Part shown: in pieces, positions 30,543 to 40,866 of the stretch
Layout: each line of letters begins with the position of its first letter
Position numbering within the stretch: position 1 is the first letter of the stretch
Notes under the pieces: model-generated
What the model saw: the letters and a program-made list of their open reading frames with translations, nothing else
Told to the model about the DNA's origin: nothing
The model's database searches: none
Position numbers and translations under genes: made by a program
NCBI GenBank assembly: GCA_964602295.1
Contig: CAZRQK010000009.1
Span: 435-64,434, forward strand
Origin: an uncultured Ohtaekwangia sp.
GTDB lineage: Bacteria > Bacteroidota > Bacteroidia > Cytophagales > Cyclobacteriaceae
Length of the DNA: 64,000 nucleotides
Direction: 5' to 3'

Positions 30543-31745
30543 TTATTCTTCCCAACCAGCTTCGTAGGTAGCGGTGGGAATGTAGTTGGGGTAAATCTGG
30601 ATGTGTTTCTTTTTCACCTCTTCAAAAAGCACCGACTTTAGCTCGTCTATATTTTCTTTTTGCGTGGCAGAAATAAACACCACTTTTTCGAAGCCATGCT
30701 GCCGGTAGTAGCCCTTTATTTCTTCCGGATTTACTTCGGGTTCCCGTGCTTTCATTAAGTCTACTTTATTCAGTACGAGGATAACAGGAATGTTGCCCGC
30801 GTTTATTTCAGCCAGCGTCTGTGTTACCACTTCAATGTGGTTATCGTGAAACGGGTGTGCCACATCCACCACGTGCAATAATAGGTCAGCCTCGCGCACT
30901 TCATCCAGCGTAGACTTAAAGGATTCAATAAGGTGGTGTGGTAACTTGCGTATAAACCCAACCGTATCCGACAGTAAAAACGGTATGCCGTTCAACACTA
31001 CCTTTCTAACGGTAGAGTCTACCGTGGCAAAAAGTTTGTTTTCGGCAAGGATGTTGGCCTTCGAGAGCAGGTTCATCAGTGTAGATTTGCCTACGTTGGT
31101 ATAACCCACTAACGCCACGCGCACCACATTACTTCGGGACTTCCGCTGGGTTTGCCGCTGCTTATCAATTTTTTTCAGGTCTTCTTTCAGCAGGGCAATT
31201 TCGTTCTTAATAATCCTCCGGTCGGTTTCAATCTCTTTTTCACCGGCTCCACCACGTGTACCTGTTCCACCCCGCTGTCGCTCCAGGTGGGTCCACATAC
31301 GGGTTAACCTGGGCAGCAGGTATTGATTCATCGCCAGCGTAACCTGCGTACGGGCTTGCGCGGTTTGGGCCCTCATCAGGAAAATATCAAGAATGAGCAG
31401 ACTTCTATCGAACACCCGGATTTTACCCTCTTTGTCTTTGGGATTGAACTCACGCTCCAGGTTTCTGAGCTGCGAAGGACTCAGGTCATCATCAAAAAGG
31501 AGATTTTCTATCCCATTTTGGAACACGAACTGCTTGATTTCCTCCAGTTTACCTTTGCCAACAAATGTTCGCACATCGGGGTGTGGCAGGCGTTGGATGA
31601 ACCGTTTTTCGGTAGCAATTCCCGCGGTTTCAGCCAAAAAGGCCAGTTCATCCAAATGTTCGTGTATGGTTTCTTCCGGGGTTCTCTGGTTACCCACGGT
31701 AATCATTACGGCACGTTGCATTGTATTTGCTAATAAATCTATCAC
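30543..31745 (-). CDS. hflX: Ribosome-splitting GTPase HflX
   Basis: GYTNVGKST, LFATVD, DTVGFI, NKVD, GAGEKEIETDRR. Confidence 0.97.
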   Translation of the reverse strand: MIDLLANTMQRAVMITVGNQRTPEETIHEHLDELAFLAETAGIATEKRFIQRLPHPDVRTFVGKGKLEEIKQFVFQNGIENLLFDDDLSPSQLRNLEREFNPKDKEGKIRVFDRSLLILDIFLMRAQTAQARTQVTLAMNQYLLPRLTRMWTHLERQRGGTGTRGGAGEKEIETDRRIIKNEIALLKEDLKKIDKQRQTQRKSRSNVVRVALVGYTNVGKSTLMNLLSKANILAENKLFATVDSTVRKVVLNGIPFLLSDTVGFIRKLPHHLIESFKSTLDEVREADLLLHVVDVAHPFHDNHIEVVTQTLAEINAGNIPVILVLNKVDLMKAREPEVNPEEIKGYYRQHGFEKVVFISATQKENIDELKSVLFEEVKKKHIQIYPNYIPTATYEAGWEE

Positions 31746-31878
31746 TCCCTCGAACTAGCTAAGTTACTTTAAGTACTTTTGTTGGATTTATTAGCCGGAG
31801 GGAGGGCAAAAAAACCAAATTCCACTACTAAAACCTAAAACCTGCCGGAAGCTTGTCACTTCTGGAAATAGTTGGCAA

Positions 31879-32991
31879 ATGAAGATCGCAATTGTACTCA
31901 ACACCTCCTGGAACATCTACAACTTCCGGATGAACTTTGTGAAATCCCTTCAAGCGCAAGGGCATGAAGTGCATACCATAGCTCCCCATGATAAGTATAC
32001 CGATCGGCTGATAGAGGCGGGTTGTATTCACCACGATATTAAGATGGATAGCCGTGGGGCAAACCCTGTGAAAGATTTTTTCCTTGTGCTCGAATTCCTT
32101 TCCATTTATAGGAAAGTAAGGCCGGACGTCATCTTGCATTATACCATCAAGCCCAATATTTATGGCACCCTGGCTGCGGCAATATTAAAAATACCTGCCA
32201 TCAACAATGTGTGCGGTCTGGGTACCGTATTCTTGAAAAAGGGAATCGTTTCTTCGGTTGCACTGGCGCTGTACAGATGGTCTTTCCGCTACCCTAAGAA
32301 AGTATTTTTCCAGAACTCCGATGATCACAAGCTTTTTATTGATCGCGAACTTGTTGCTGAGGACATAGCCGATCTGCTGCCGGGCTCGGGTGTGGATTTG
32401 AATAAATTCCATTCTGTGCCCTACCAGAAGAACAAGCAGTTCACGTTTTTGCTGATATCGCGCCTGATTACAGATAAGGGTGTTTTGGAGTTCATAGAGG
32501 CGGTAAAGAAGTTGCGTTCCAGCGGGTTGGAGGCACGCTTTCAGGTACTGGGCGCCAAAGACCCTGAGCACAAGCGTGGTATCAAACTCAAAACCATCGA
32601 TGAGTGGATTTCGGCAGGCTTGATAGAATACCTGGGTACCACCGATGACGTCCGCCAGTTCATTCACAAGGCCGATTGTGTGGTGCTGCCCTCTTATCGT
32701 GAAGGTGCACCGCGAACTTTGTTGGAAGCGGCCAGCTCCAGCAAACCCATTGTGGCCACTGATGTGCCCGGCTGCCACCATGTAGTGGTTCATAACTACA
32801 ACGGCCTGTTATGCAAGCTGAAAGATGCTGATGACCTGGCTGAGAAGATGAAAATGATGGCACATCTGGATGAACCACGTTTGAAAGAAATGGGCGAAAA
32901 CGGACGCAAGAAGGTGGAACAAGAGTACAGCGAATCCGTAGTAATCGATAAATATTTAAGCGCCATTTCTAACTTCAAAAAAGCCTCATAA
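31879..32991 (+). CDS. Glycosyltransferase family 4 (CapM-like)
   Basis: YTIKPNIYG, PGSGVDL, LPSYREG.PRTLLEAA, TDVPGC. Confidence 0.92.
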   Translation: MKIAIVLNTSWNIYNFRMNFVKSLQAQGHEVHTIAPHDKYTDRLIEAGCIHHDIKMDSRGANPVKDFFLVLEFLSIYRKVRPDVILHYTIKPNIYGTLAAAILKIPAINNVCGLGTVFLKKGIVSSVALALYRWSFRYPKKVFFQNSDDHKLFIDRELVAEDIADLLPGSGVDLNKFHSVPYQKNKQFTFLLISRLITDKGVLEFIEAVKKLRSSGLEARFQVLGAKDPEHKRGIKLKTIDEWISAGLIEYLGTTDDVRQFIHKADCVVLPSYREGAPRTLLEAASSSKPIVATDVPGCHHVVVHNYNGLLCKLKDADDLAEKMKMMAHLDEPRLKEMGENGRKKVEQEYSESVVIDKYLSAISNFKKAS

Positions 32992-33008
32992 TCCATACCT
33001 TTGAGGTT

Positions 33009-33569
33009 ATGGAAGTGGTACCCACCCCCATAGAGGGGCTAATTGAACTAAGGGGCAAGAAATTTCACGATAACCGGGGATGGTTCACCGAAGCCTTCAG
33101 CCTGAAACAATTTCAGGAGAAAGGACTGTCCCTTCCCGCTTTTGTTCAGGATAATATTTCTTACTCGCATCGTGGCGTGGTGAGGGGCTTACACCTTCAA
33201 CTTTCTCCATTCGCCCAGGCCAAATTGGTGTCGGTAGTAAAGGGAAAGGTTGTAGATGTGGCAGTAGATCTTCGCCCCGAATCAGCCACTTTTGGTAAGT
33301 GGCATTCGGTCATCCTCTCAGAAGAAAAAAATAACGCACTGTTTGTTCCAGAGGGTTTCGCACACGGCTTTGCAACACTGGAAGACAGTTACTTTTTCTA
33401 CAAATGTTCAACCTTCTACCAACCGTCAGCCGAGGGTGGCGTTCGCTGGAATGATGCTGACCTCGCCATCGATTGGCAAATCGACCATCCGATTGTTTCT
33501 CCAAAAGACGAGACACTTCCATCTTTCCGGGAGTTGAAAGGAAAATTGTTAACTTCACACCATGCCTGA
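33009..33569 (+). CDS. rfbC: dTDP-4-dehydrorhamnose 3,5-epimerase
   Basis: DNRGWF, QDNISYS..GVVRGLH, VPEGFAHGF, YKC. Confidence 0.95.
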   Translation: MEVVPTPIEGLIELRGKKFHDNRGWFTEAFSLKQFQEKGLSLPAFVQDNISYSHRGVVRGLHLQLSPFAQAKLVSVVKGKVVDVAVDLRPESATFGKWHSVILSEEKNNALFVPEGFAHGFATLEDSYFFYKCSTFYQPSAEGGVRWNDADLAIDWQIDHPIVSPKDETLPSFRELKGKLLTSHHA

Positions 33570-34353
33570 CTCTGTTTCGAAGTTCGTTTTCAAAACCATC
33601 GGTACGCTTTGTCTTTTTACCCTGGTGGGGTGTGGCTCTTACAGGCAAAACATTATGTTTAGACCTGGAGAAGGGCAGACGGGCGCGCCATTTACCGATG
33701 AGGTTGTGAAGGCAGAGAAAAACTACCTGATACAAATCAACGATCAACTTGACCTGCAGGTGTATGCCAATAATGGCGAACGTATCATTGACCCCAATTT
33801 CGAACTGAGACGAGAAATGGGCGCCAATGCCAATGTAGGGGCAGAAAAAAAGCCGGTGTATTTTGTGGCAACCGATGGAACTGCCAAGCTTCCTATGGTG
33901 GGTACTCAGAAACTACAAGGGCTCACGATACGCGAAGCTGAACTATTCCTGCAGAAGGAATACAATCAATATTATAAAGACTGCTTTGTTAACCTGTTGT
34001 TTCTAAACAAAAGAGTAACCGTGTTGGGGGCTCCGGGTGGGCAGGTAATACCGCTTGTTAATGAAAATACAAAAGTAACAGAAGTGCTGGCGTTGGCCAG
34101 GGGAGTAAACAACGATGGCAAGGCGGGTAACATTCGGCTGATAAGGGGAGACCAATTTTATGTAATTGATTTCGGCACCATAGATGGTCTCCAAAAGGGA
34201 AATATGATTGTGCAGCCGGGCGATATTATTTATGTAGAGCCGGTGCGCAGGGCATTTATTGAAGGAATTCGCGATGTGGCTCCGTTGATTAGCCTGGTGG
34301 TTAGCCTCGGCACATTGGTTTTATTAATCACAAACACGCTCAACAGCAATTGA
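33562..34353 (+). CDS. Polysaccharide export lipoprotein (Wza-like)
   Basis: Lipobox LVGC, polysaccharide export signature DGTAKLPMVG...GLT, QPGDIIYVEP. Confidence 0.88.
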   Translation: MPDSVSKFVFKTIGTLCLFTLVGCGSYRQNIMFRPGEGQTGAPFTDEVVKAEKNYLIQINDQLDLQVYANNGERIIDPNFELRREMGANANVGAEKKPVYFVATDGTAKLPMVGTQKLQGLTIREAELFLQKEYNQYYKDCFVNLLFLNKRVTVLGAPGGQVIPLVNENTKVTEVLALARGVNNDGKAGNIRLIRGDQFYVIDFGTIDGLQKGNMIVQPGDIIYVEPVRRAFIEGIRDVAPLISLVVSLGTLVLLITNTLNSN

Positions 34354-34354
34354 T

Positions 34355-36682
34355 TTGGCAATTCCTGATCCCATACCGAACTCACCGCTGGCCACCGAAG
34401 GTATAGACTTCGATAAGCTGCGAATGATTTTCAGGAAAAACCTAATCTGGCTGGTGGGTATTTTCCTGGCCTGTAACTTGGCGGCCTATCTTTATTTGCG
34501 TTGGACCAAAAGCGTGTACGAATCTGAGTCGGAATTGAAGCTCGACATCAAGCAAGACCCCAGCGAATTCGGTATCAAAAACCTGGCGGAAGACCAGAAC
34601 CTGAATATCATTTCTGGTGAGATAGAGCAAATTCGCTCGAAGCTGTTTTTTAACCGGGTACTCGACTCATTGGATTTGTGGGTGAGCTATCACTCTATTG
34701 GAAAGGTATTGAATGATGAGATGTATCACCGGTCACCGTTTGAAGTAATACCCTCTGGCAGAAACCACAAGTACCTGAATATTCCGATTTACTTTAATTA
34801 CAAGGACGGCAACACCTACCAAATCAGAACGGAGAAAAATAAGCAGCCTATTGAAGGAAAAATTGGTGAAAAAATTCGCTTGGGTGAAGTGGAACTGGTT
34901 GTTAGGAAGACACCCTTTTTCGACCTCTATCATGAAGATGATTACTTTTTTATTCTGCATAGCCGCGATTATCTGTTGCGATACATGCAAGAACACATTA
35001 CAGTGGCCCCGTTGAACTTCAATGCAAACACCATCAAAATTTCCTTTCGTGATTTTAATCCACTGAAGGCACAAACCATTGTAAACAAAATTGATTCTGT
35101 TTACCTGAGTTATAGCAACGAACTTAAAAACCAGACCAACCGCCAGAAAATACAGTGGCTCAATAATGAATTGGTGCAGATTGAAGCTAAGATGGAAGGG
35201 TATGAAAATTATTTTGAAAACTTTACGCTGCAAAACAAAAGCAACGACATTAACGAAGAGCTGAAAAGAACGATTGAGGCTTTGTACCAATTGGATTCGC
35301 AACGTTACCAGGTAAACAAAAGATTAATAGAATCAGACAATCTTCTCAATCAATTCTCTAGCGGCAACTATTCTCTTTCTATTGGTCAGCAGAGCAGCCT
35401 GCCGCCAGCATTGCAAAAACGACTTGAGACTTTGCAAACTATGACAAAAGAGCGCGAGCGGCTGGGTCTTTCTTACAATGAAAACACACTGGCCTTCCGG
35501 CAGAAAGAACGTGAAGAAACTGCCTTACGCGAACAACTGGCAACTCTATTGAATGACTACAAGCGTGAATTGATGAAACAGATGGCCGACCTGAACAAGC
35601 GCAAGTCCGATCTGGAAAAATCTTTTGCTGCCATGCCCGATAAGCATACTGAGTTCTCTAAAAACCAACGGTTCTATAAGTTGTACGAAGAGTTTTATCT
35701 TTCTATGATGCAGTCGCGGGCGGAATTCGAGATTGCTCAGGCTGGTAGCACGCCCGACTTCAAAATATTGTCGCCCGCCACTATGCCCACCACACCCATC
35801 TCGCCTGTAAGACTCATGATTGTTGGCGTAGGTTTTTCGTCAGGACTGGTGCTCAGTGTTTTTCTATTGGGCATACTCTACTTATTGAATGACCGCATTA
35901 CGAGCGCACATGAAATAGAACGGTCCACCGATACTCCCATATTAGCGGTTATCCCCGAGTCGCGCCATCTTTCGCGCACGCCCTTTCACGTGTTAGACAA
36001 TCCCAAGTCGATGGTGAGTGAGGCCATTCGTACCCTCCGCACCAATCTCGATTTCTTTTCTACCAACGGATCCACCAAAACCATCGCCATTTCTTCCACC
36101 ATTGCAGGCGAGGGAAAATCTTTCCTTGCACTGAATTTGGGTGGCGTCATCGCCATGTCGAAGAAAAAAGTGGTGTTGCTCGATCTGGATATGCGCAAAG
36201 CCAAGCGTAATACACCTTTCGAAATTCAGGATTTTAATAAGGGGATGAGCACGGTGTTAATTGGTAAGTACAAGCCAGAAGAGTGCATAGTGCATACAGG
36301 CCTGGAGAATTTCCATTACATACCACCCGGACCACACCCTCCTAATCCATCGGAATTATTGATGAACAATGAGTTTGATAAAGTGCTAACGAACCTTTCT
36401 TCACTCTACGATTTTATTATTATTGATACGCCACCCGTTGGGCTGGTTACTGATGGCATCATGGCCATGAAAAAGTCTGATGTTTCTATTTATGTGGTGC
36501 GTGCGAATTATTCGAAGAAAGACTTTTTGCGCAATCTGCAGCGTGTAAAAAATCTGCATAACCTTACCAAGATGTCTATCGTTTTCAACGCCATGCCTAC
36601 ATCCAACAAATTGTATGGCTATGGCTACTATGAAGACCAGACACCTATTAAGAAAAGTCTGAAGACCCTCATTCAAGGATAG
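34355..36682 (+). CDS. Polysaccharide co-polymerase / BY tyrosine kinase (Wzc-like)
   Basis: Two TM segments, EAIRTLRTN, GEGKS, DLDMRK, IIDTPP, YGYGYY tail. Confidence 0.93.
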   Translation: MAIPDPIPNSPLATEGIDFDKLRMIFRKNLIWLVGIFLACNLAAYLYLRWTKSVYESESELKLDIKQDPSEFGIKNLAEDQNLNIISGEIEQIRSKLFFNRVLDSLDLWVSYHSIGKVLNDEMYHRSPFEVIPSGRNHKYLNIPIYFNYKDGNTYQIRTEKNKQPIEGKIGEKIRLGEVELVVRKTPFFDLYHEDDYFFILHSRDYLLRYMQEHITVAPLNFNANTIKISFRDFNPLKAQTIVNKIDSVYLSYSNELKNQTNRQKIQWLNNELVQIEAKMEGYENYFENFTLQNKSNDINEELKRTIEALYQLDSQRYQVNKRLIESDNLLNQFSSGNYSLSIGQQSSLPPALQKRLETLQTMTKERERLGLSYNENTLAFRQKEREETALREQLATLLNDYKRELMKQMADLNKRKSDLEKSFAAMPDKHTEFSKNQRFYKLYEEFYLSMMQSRAEFEIAQAGSTPDFKILSPATMPTTPISPVRLMIVGVGFSSGLVLSVFLLGILYLLNDRITSAHEIERSTDTPILAVIPESRHLSRTPFHVLDNPKSMVSEAIRTLRTNLDFFSTNGSTKTIAISSTIAGEGKSFLALNLGGVIAMSKKKVVLLDLDMRKAKRNTPFEIQDFNKGMSTVLIGKYKPEECIVHTGLENFHYIPPGPHPPNPSELLMNNEFDKVLTNLSSLYDFIIIDTPPVGLVTDGIMAMKKSDVSIYVVRANYSKKDFLRNLQRVKNLHNLTKMSIVFNAMPTSNKLYGYGYYEDQTPIKKSLKTLIQG

Positions 36683-37404
36683 TGTTCTCGCTCTTCTCAT
36701 CGGGCAAACAGTTAAAAACGGTTCCCTTCGTTACCGACATGCACTCGCACCTGCTGCCCGGGCTCGATGATGGTGTGAAGAATTTGGAGGAAGCCAAAGC
36801 AACCATTTTGAAGTTGATGGAATGGGGTTATCGCAAAGCCATCACCACGCCCCATATTATGAACGACTCCTACCGGAATACTCCGGAGGGAATTCAGCGC
36901 AAGCTGCAGGAATTGACTACCTACCTGCAGCATGAAAGCATTTCTTTCTCTGTGGAGGCTGCAGCTGAATATTACTTAGATGAAGCGTTGATGCAACGGT
37001 TGGAAGACAATGAATCGTTGCTCACCTTCAGCGGATATCTGCTTTTCGAAACCAACTACCTTACAGAACCCTACGTGTTGAAAGACTTCATATTCAAAGC
37101 TACCACGCGAGGATACAAACTTATATTGGCACATCCGGAACGCTATCATTTCATGACGATGGAGAAAGCAGAAGATTTGCTGGACAGAGGTGTACTGATG
37201 CAATTAAATCTGCTTTCGTTGAGTGGATTTTATGGAAAGCCTGTGCAAAAGCTGGCCGAGAAGATGATTGACAAAGGATGGATTCATTTTGCGGGCACCG
37301 ATTGCCACAATCTGCAGCAGGCTACTGAACTGAAAGCCTGCTTGCGGACACGGGCATTTAATAAGTTGGTGGAACTGCCATTACTCAACCATCAGTTAGT
37401 ATGA
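36682..37404 (+). CDS. CpsB/CapC PHP-family tyrosine phosphatase
   Basis: DMHSHLLPGLDDG, TTPH, AHPERY, GTDCH. Confidence 0.93.
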   Translation: MFSLFSSGKQLKTVPFVTDMHSHLLPGLDDGVKNLEEAKATILKLMEWGYRKAITTPHIMNDSYRNTPEGIQRKLQELTTYLQHESISFSVEAAAEYYLDEALMQRLEDNESLLTFSGYLLFETNYLTEPYVLKDFIFKATTRGYKLILAHPERYHFMTMEKAEDLLDRGVLMQLNLLSLSGFYGKPVQKLAEKMIDKGWIHFAGTDCHNLQQATELKACLRTRAFNKLVELPLLNHQLV

Positions 37405-38372
37405 TAGCGGTTACAGGTGCTAATGGTTTACTGGGTAGTTTCATCACCCAGCAACTACTTTCCATTCACAGTGAAGTCGTGGCCGTTGTTCGACCTGACG
37501 CAAACCTGGAGTTGTTACGGCCAGTAAACAGCGCCATCACGTTTAGGCACTCCGATGTTACCGATCTGCCATCGCTTCAGCAAGCGCTGGCCGGGGCAAC
37601 CACAGTGGTGCACGTTGCAGGTGTGGTAAGTTTCAACCGCGCTCACCGCGACCGGGTGTACCAGGTAAACGTGGAGGGAACCCGAAACGTAATTAACTGC
37701 TGTCTGAAGCTGGGTGTTAAAAATGTGATTCACGTTAGCTCGGTGGCAGCGTTAGGTCGTAGCAAAGAGTCGAAGCAGGTAGATGAAACCACGCGATGGG
37801 TGGCCAGCAACCTGAACACCGACTATGCCGAATCGAAACACCTGGCAGAATTAGAGGTGTTTCGCGGCATGGAAGAAGGTTTGCAGGTGTCTATGGTTAA
37901 TCCGTCAGTAATACTGGCACCCGTGCGCAGCGGGCAAAGCAGCGCGCAACTATTTTCATACATAGAAAAGGGCTGGCCATTTTATGGCGATGGCGACCTG
38001 AACTTTGTAGACGTGCGCGATGTGGCCCACCTGGTTCAGCAACTGGTAAGTCAACCTCGCAATGGCGAACGCTACATAGCCAATGCTGGCACTGTTTCGC
38101 TGAAACAAATGCTGGATGGAATATCAGCACGACTCAACAAACCCAAACCAAAGCTGCGCATTCCCGGTGCACTGGTAGCCGCTGCTGCGTGGGCAGAAGA
38201 AGGCCGAGCCAGGTTAGCAGGCAAAGAACCGATGCTCACCCGCCAATCGGTAAAGCTGCTGAAGGAGAATTTTTTCTTTAATAACCAGAAAGCGATTGCA
38301 GAGTTAGGTATGCGATTTCGTACACTGGATGAAACATTAGACTGGTGCTGCCAGGTACTAAAAAATAATTGA
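37401..38372 (+). CDS. NAD-dependent epimerase/dehydratase
   Basis: TGANGLLG, NVEGT, SSVAALG, YAESK. Confidence 0.9.
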   Translation: MIAVTGANGLLGSFITQQLLSIHSEVVAVVRPDANLELLRPVNSAITFRHSDVTDLPSLQQALAGATTVVHVAGVVSFNRAHRDRVYQVNVEGTRNVINCCLKLGVKNVIHVSSVAALGRSKESKQVDETTRWVASNLNTDYAESKHLAELEVFRGMEEGLQVSMVNPSVILAPVRSGQSSAQLFSYIEKGWPFYGDGDLNFVDVRDVAHLVQQLVSQPRNGERYIANAGTVSLKQMLDGISARLNKPKPKLRIPGALVAAAAWAEEGRARLAGKEPMLTRQSVKLLKENFFFNNQKAIAELGMRFRTLDETLDWCCQVLKNN

Positions 38373-38569
38373 GAGCAAAGGCCGCAATCGCCTTGATTTC
38401 ATTCTTTTATCAAGCATAAAAGCCCCAAAATGAGGCCTGCGAGTGGGCTATAAAAACATTTCTGAATTGCAAGTTTTATTCAAAAAGATAAAACCAGAAC
38501 TTCGTGCCGGGAAGTGTTATTCTTTTATCGATACCATTTTTTTGCCTACCTTAGGCAAACCCTTTAGAC

Positions 38570-39979
38570 ATGGCTCACGACTTTAGAAAGAGAGAGGACG
38601 AAGAGGAGTTGATCAAGCGATTCGAAGAAAGCCTCAAAAAAAATTCTGCAGACTTTTTTGCCCTCGAGGACTACGAGACCATCATCGATCATTACCTGGA
38701 CAGAAGCAAGCACAAGAAAGCATTGATTGCGGTAGAAGCTGCTATGAATCAGTATCCGTTCTCTTCAGAATTGATGCCGCTGAAAGCACAGATTTTGTCG
38801 AACATGGAGCGCTACGAGGAAGCCCTCGAAATGTTGGAGCGCGCCAGAAACCTCAATCCCGCAGACATTGATATTTATTTGTCCATTGGTTCGGTATTGT
38901 CGTTAATGGGCAAACACAAAGAAGCCATAGAAACTTACGAGCAGGCTTTGGCTTTTGCCGATGAAGGTGAAGACGAGTTGTATTACAACATCGGGCTGGC
39001 ACACCAGAGCCTGGAAGAATATGAGCAGGCCATAGAAGCGTATAAAAAATCGGTGTCGGCCAATCTTACGCACGAAGGTGCTTTGTACGAGTTGGCGTTC
39101 TGCCTCGATGTGGTGGGGCAGTTGGAAAGCAGTCTTTCTTATTACAGAAAATTTATTGACGAAGATCCCTACTCTGCACCTGCGTGGTACAACCTGGGCA
39201 TTGTTTGTAACAAGCTGGAGAAATACGATGAAGCCATAGAGGCCTACGAATTTGCGTTGGCCATAGACGATAACTTTGCGTCTGCGTATTTCAACATGGG
39301 CAACACTTTCATGAATCTGGAGCAGTACACCAAAGCCCTGGATGCATTTAGGAAAACCGTTGAGATTGAAGGACCCAGCCCCGAAGTGTATTGCTGCATT
39401 GGCGCTGCATACGAAAATCTGGAACACTTCGATTTGGGTCTGAAGTATTATCAAAAGTCTACCAAGTTAGACCCCATGTACGATGAGGCCTGGTTTGGGG
39501 CCGGTGCTTGCATGGAGAAACAAGAGAAGTGGTACCAGGCATTACACTTCTTTAATAAGGCCATTAAGCTGAACACACACAATGCAGAATATTGGAAGGC
39601 TGCTGCACATGCAGAGTTTAAGATAGGTAATACCATCTCTGCCATTAGTGCCTACGAAGAAGCCAGCCACCTCGCTCCGGATGATAAGGAGATATGGCTC
39701 AACTGGTCTTTCATTTACTTTGAGCAAGGTGCCCACGACAAAGCCCTTGAAATAGTACAACAAGGGATGGACGAACTACCCGATGATGCCGAGTTGTTCT
39801 ACCGCATGGCTGTGTACCTGATAGAAGCGGGCCAATTTAAAGAAGCCTTTAACTATCTTGAAAATGCATTAATTTTGAACTTCGAAGGTCATACCGTGCT
39901 GTTCGATTTCTTCCCGAAACCAGAAACACAGAAGGCCCTCTTTAAGATTATCGATCAGTTTAGAAAAGAAAATCCTTAA
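38570..39979 (+). CDS. Tetratricopeptide repeat protein
   Basis: Many tandem TPR units (AWYNLG, AYFNMG and others). Confidence 0.92.
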   Translation: MAHDFRKREDEEELIKRFEESLKKNSADFFALEDYETIIDHYLDRSKHKKALIAVEAAMNQYPFSSELMPLKAQILSNMERYEEALEMLERARNLNPADIDIYLSIGSVLSLMGKHKEAIETYEQALAFADEGEDELYYNIGLAHQSLEEYEQAIEAYKKSVSANLTHEGALYELAFCLDVVGQLESSLSYYRKFIDEDPYSAPAWYNLGIVCNKLEKYDEAIEAYEFALAIDDNFASAYFNMGNTFMNLEQYTKALDAFRKTVEIEGPSPEVYCCIGAAYENLEHFDLGLKYYQKSTKLDPMYDEAWFGAGACMEKQEKWYQALHFFNKAIKLNTHNAEYWKAAAHAEFKIGNTISAISAYEEASHLAPDDKEIWLNWSFIYFEQGAHDKALEIVQQGMDELPDDAELFYRMAVYLIEAGQFKEAFNYLENALILNFEGHTVLFDFFPKPETQKALFKIIDQFRKENP

Positions 39980-40782
39980 TGAACTACACGCTTAAAAATT
40001 TACCTGAGCGCACTACCAAGCCCAGGCAGATAGGTTTCACTATGGCTATGGACAAAGGCATGAGCGTAAGGGAAGCCGAAGACTTTGTGAGCATTTGTGC
40101 CGATCATGTTGATATAGTGAAACTCGGTTGGGCTACTTCTTATGTAACGCCTAATCTGAAAGACAAGATCAAAGTATACAAAGAGGCAGGTATTCCTTGC
40201 TACTTTGGTGGAACGCTTTTCGAAGCATTTATCATTCGCGATCAGTTTGACGACTACCGTAAAGTGCTGGATAAATACAACCTTTCATTTGCCGAAGTGT
40301 CTGATGGTTCGATCGATCTGGATCACGACAAAAAATGCGACTACATTCAAAAGCTTTCTGAGCAAGTTACCGTGCTATCTGAAGTGGGTTCTAAAGATGC
40401 CGACAAAATCATTCCCCCTTATATGTGGATTGATTTGATGCAGAAGGAGTTGGATGCCGGTGCATGGAAAGTAATTGGCGAAGCACGCGAAGGTGGTAAC
40501 GTAGGCTTGTTCCGCTCTACTGGAGAAGTACGCTCGGGTTTGGTGCAGGAAATCCTCACCAAAATTCCATTCGAGAAAATTATCTGGGAAGCGCCACAGA
40601 AAGCACAGCAAGTGTGGTTTATCAAACTGCTGGGCGCCAATGTAAACCTGGGCAATATTGCGCCCAACGAAGTGATACCACTCGAAACCATACGACTGGG
40701 TTTGCGTGGCGATACTTTTTTACACTTTTTGGGTCTGGAACGAAAGAAAGACAACTCCGCTCCGCCCTTCACTGTGGATTAG
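39979..40782 (+). CDS. comA: Phosphosulfolactate synthase-like protein
   Basis: KPR..G.TM.MDKG, KLGWAT, GGTLFE, EVSDG, SEVGSK, EARE, WEAP, NLGNI...LETIRLGLR. Confidence 0.9.
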   Translation: MNYTLKNLPERTTKPRQIGFTMAMDKGMSVREAEDFVSICADHVDIVKLGWATSYVTPNLKDKIKVYKEAGIPCYFGGTLFEAFIIRDQFDDYRKVLDKYNLSFAEVSDGSIDLDHDKKCDYIQKLSEQVTVLSEVGSKDADKIIPPYMWIDLMQKELDAGAWKVIGEAREGGNVGLFRSTGEVRSGLVQEILTKIPFEKIIWEAPQKAQQVWFIKLLGANVNLGNIAPNEVIPLETIRLGLRGDTFLHFLGLERKKDNSAPPFTVD

Positions 40783-40866
40783 ACAAAATACCCAACTCCG
40801 AAACGTTTCTTATATTCGCCCCCGGGTTGACAAGAAGCGAACGCTTTTGAACTAAAACCGAGAGAA

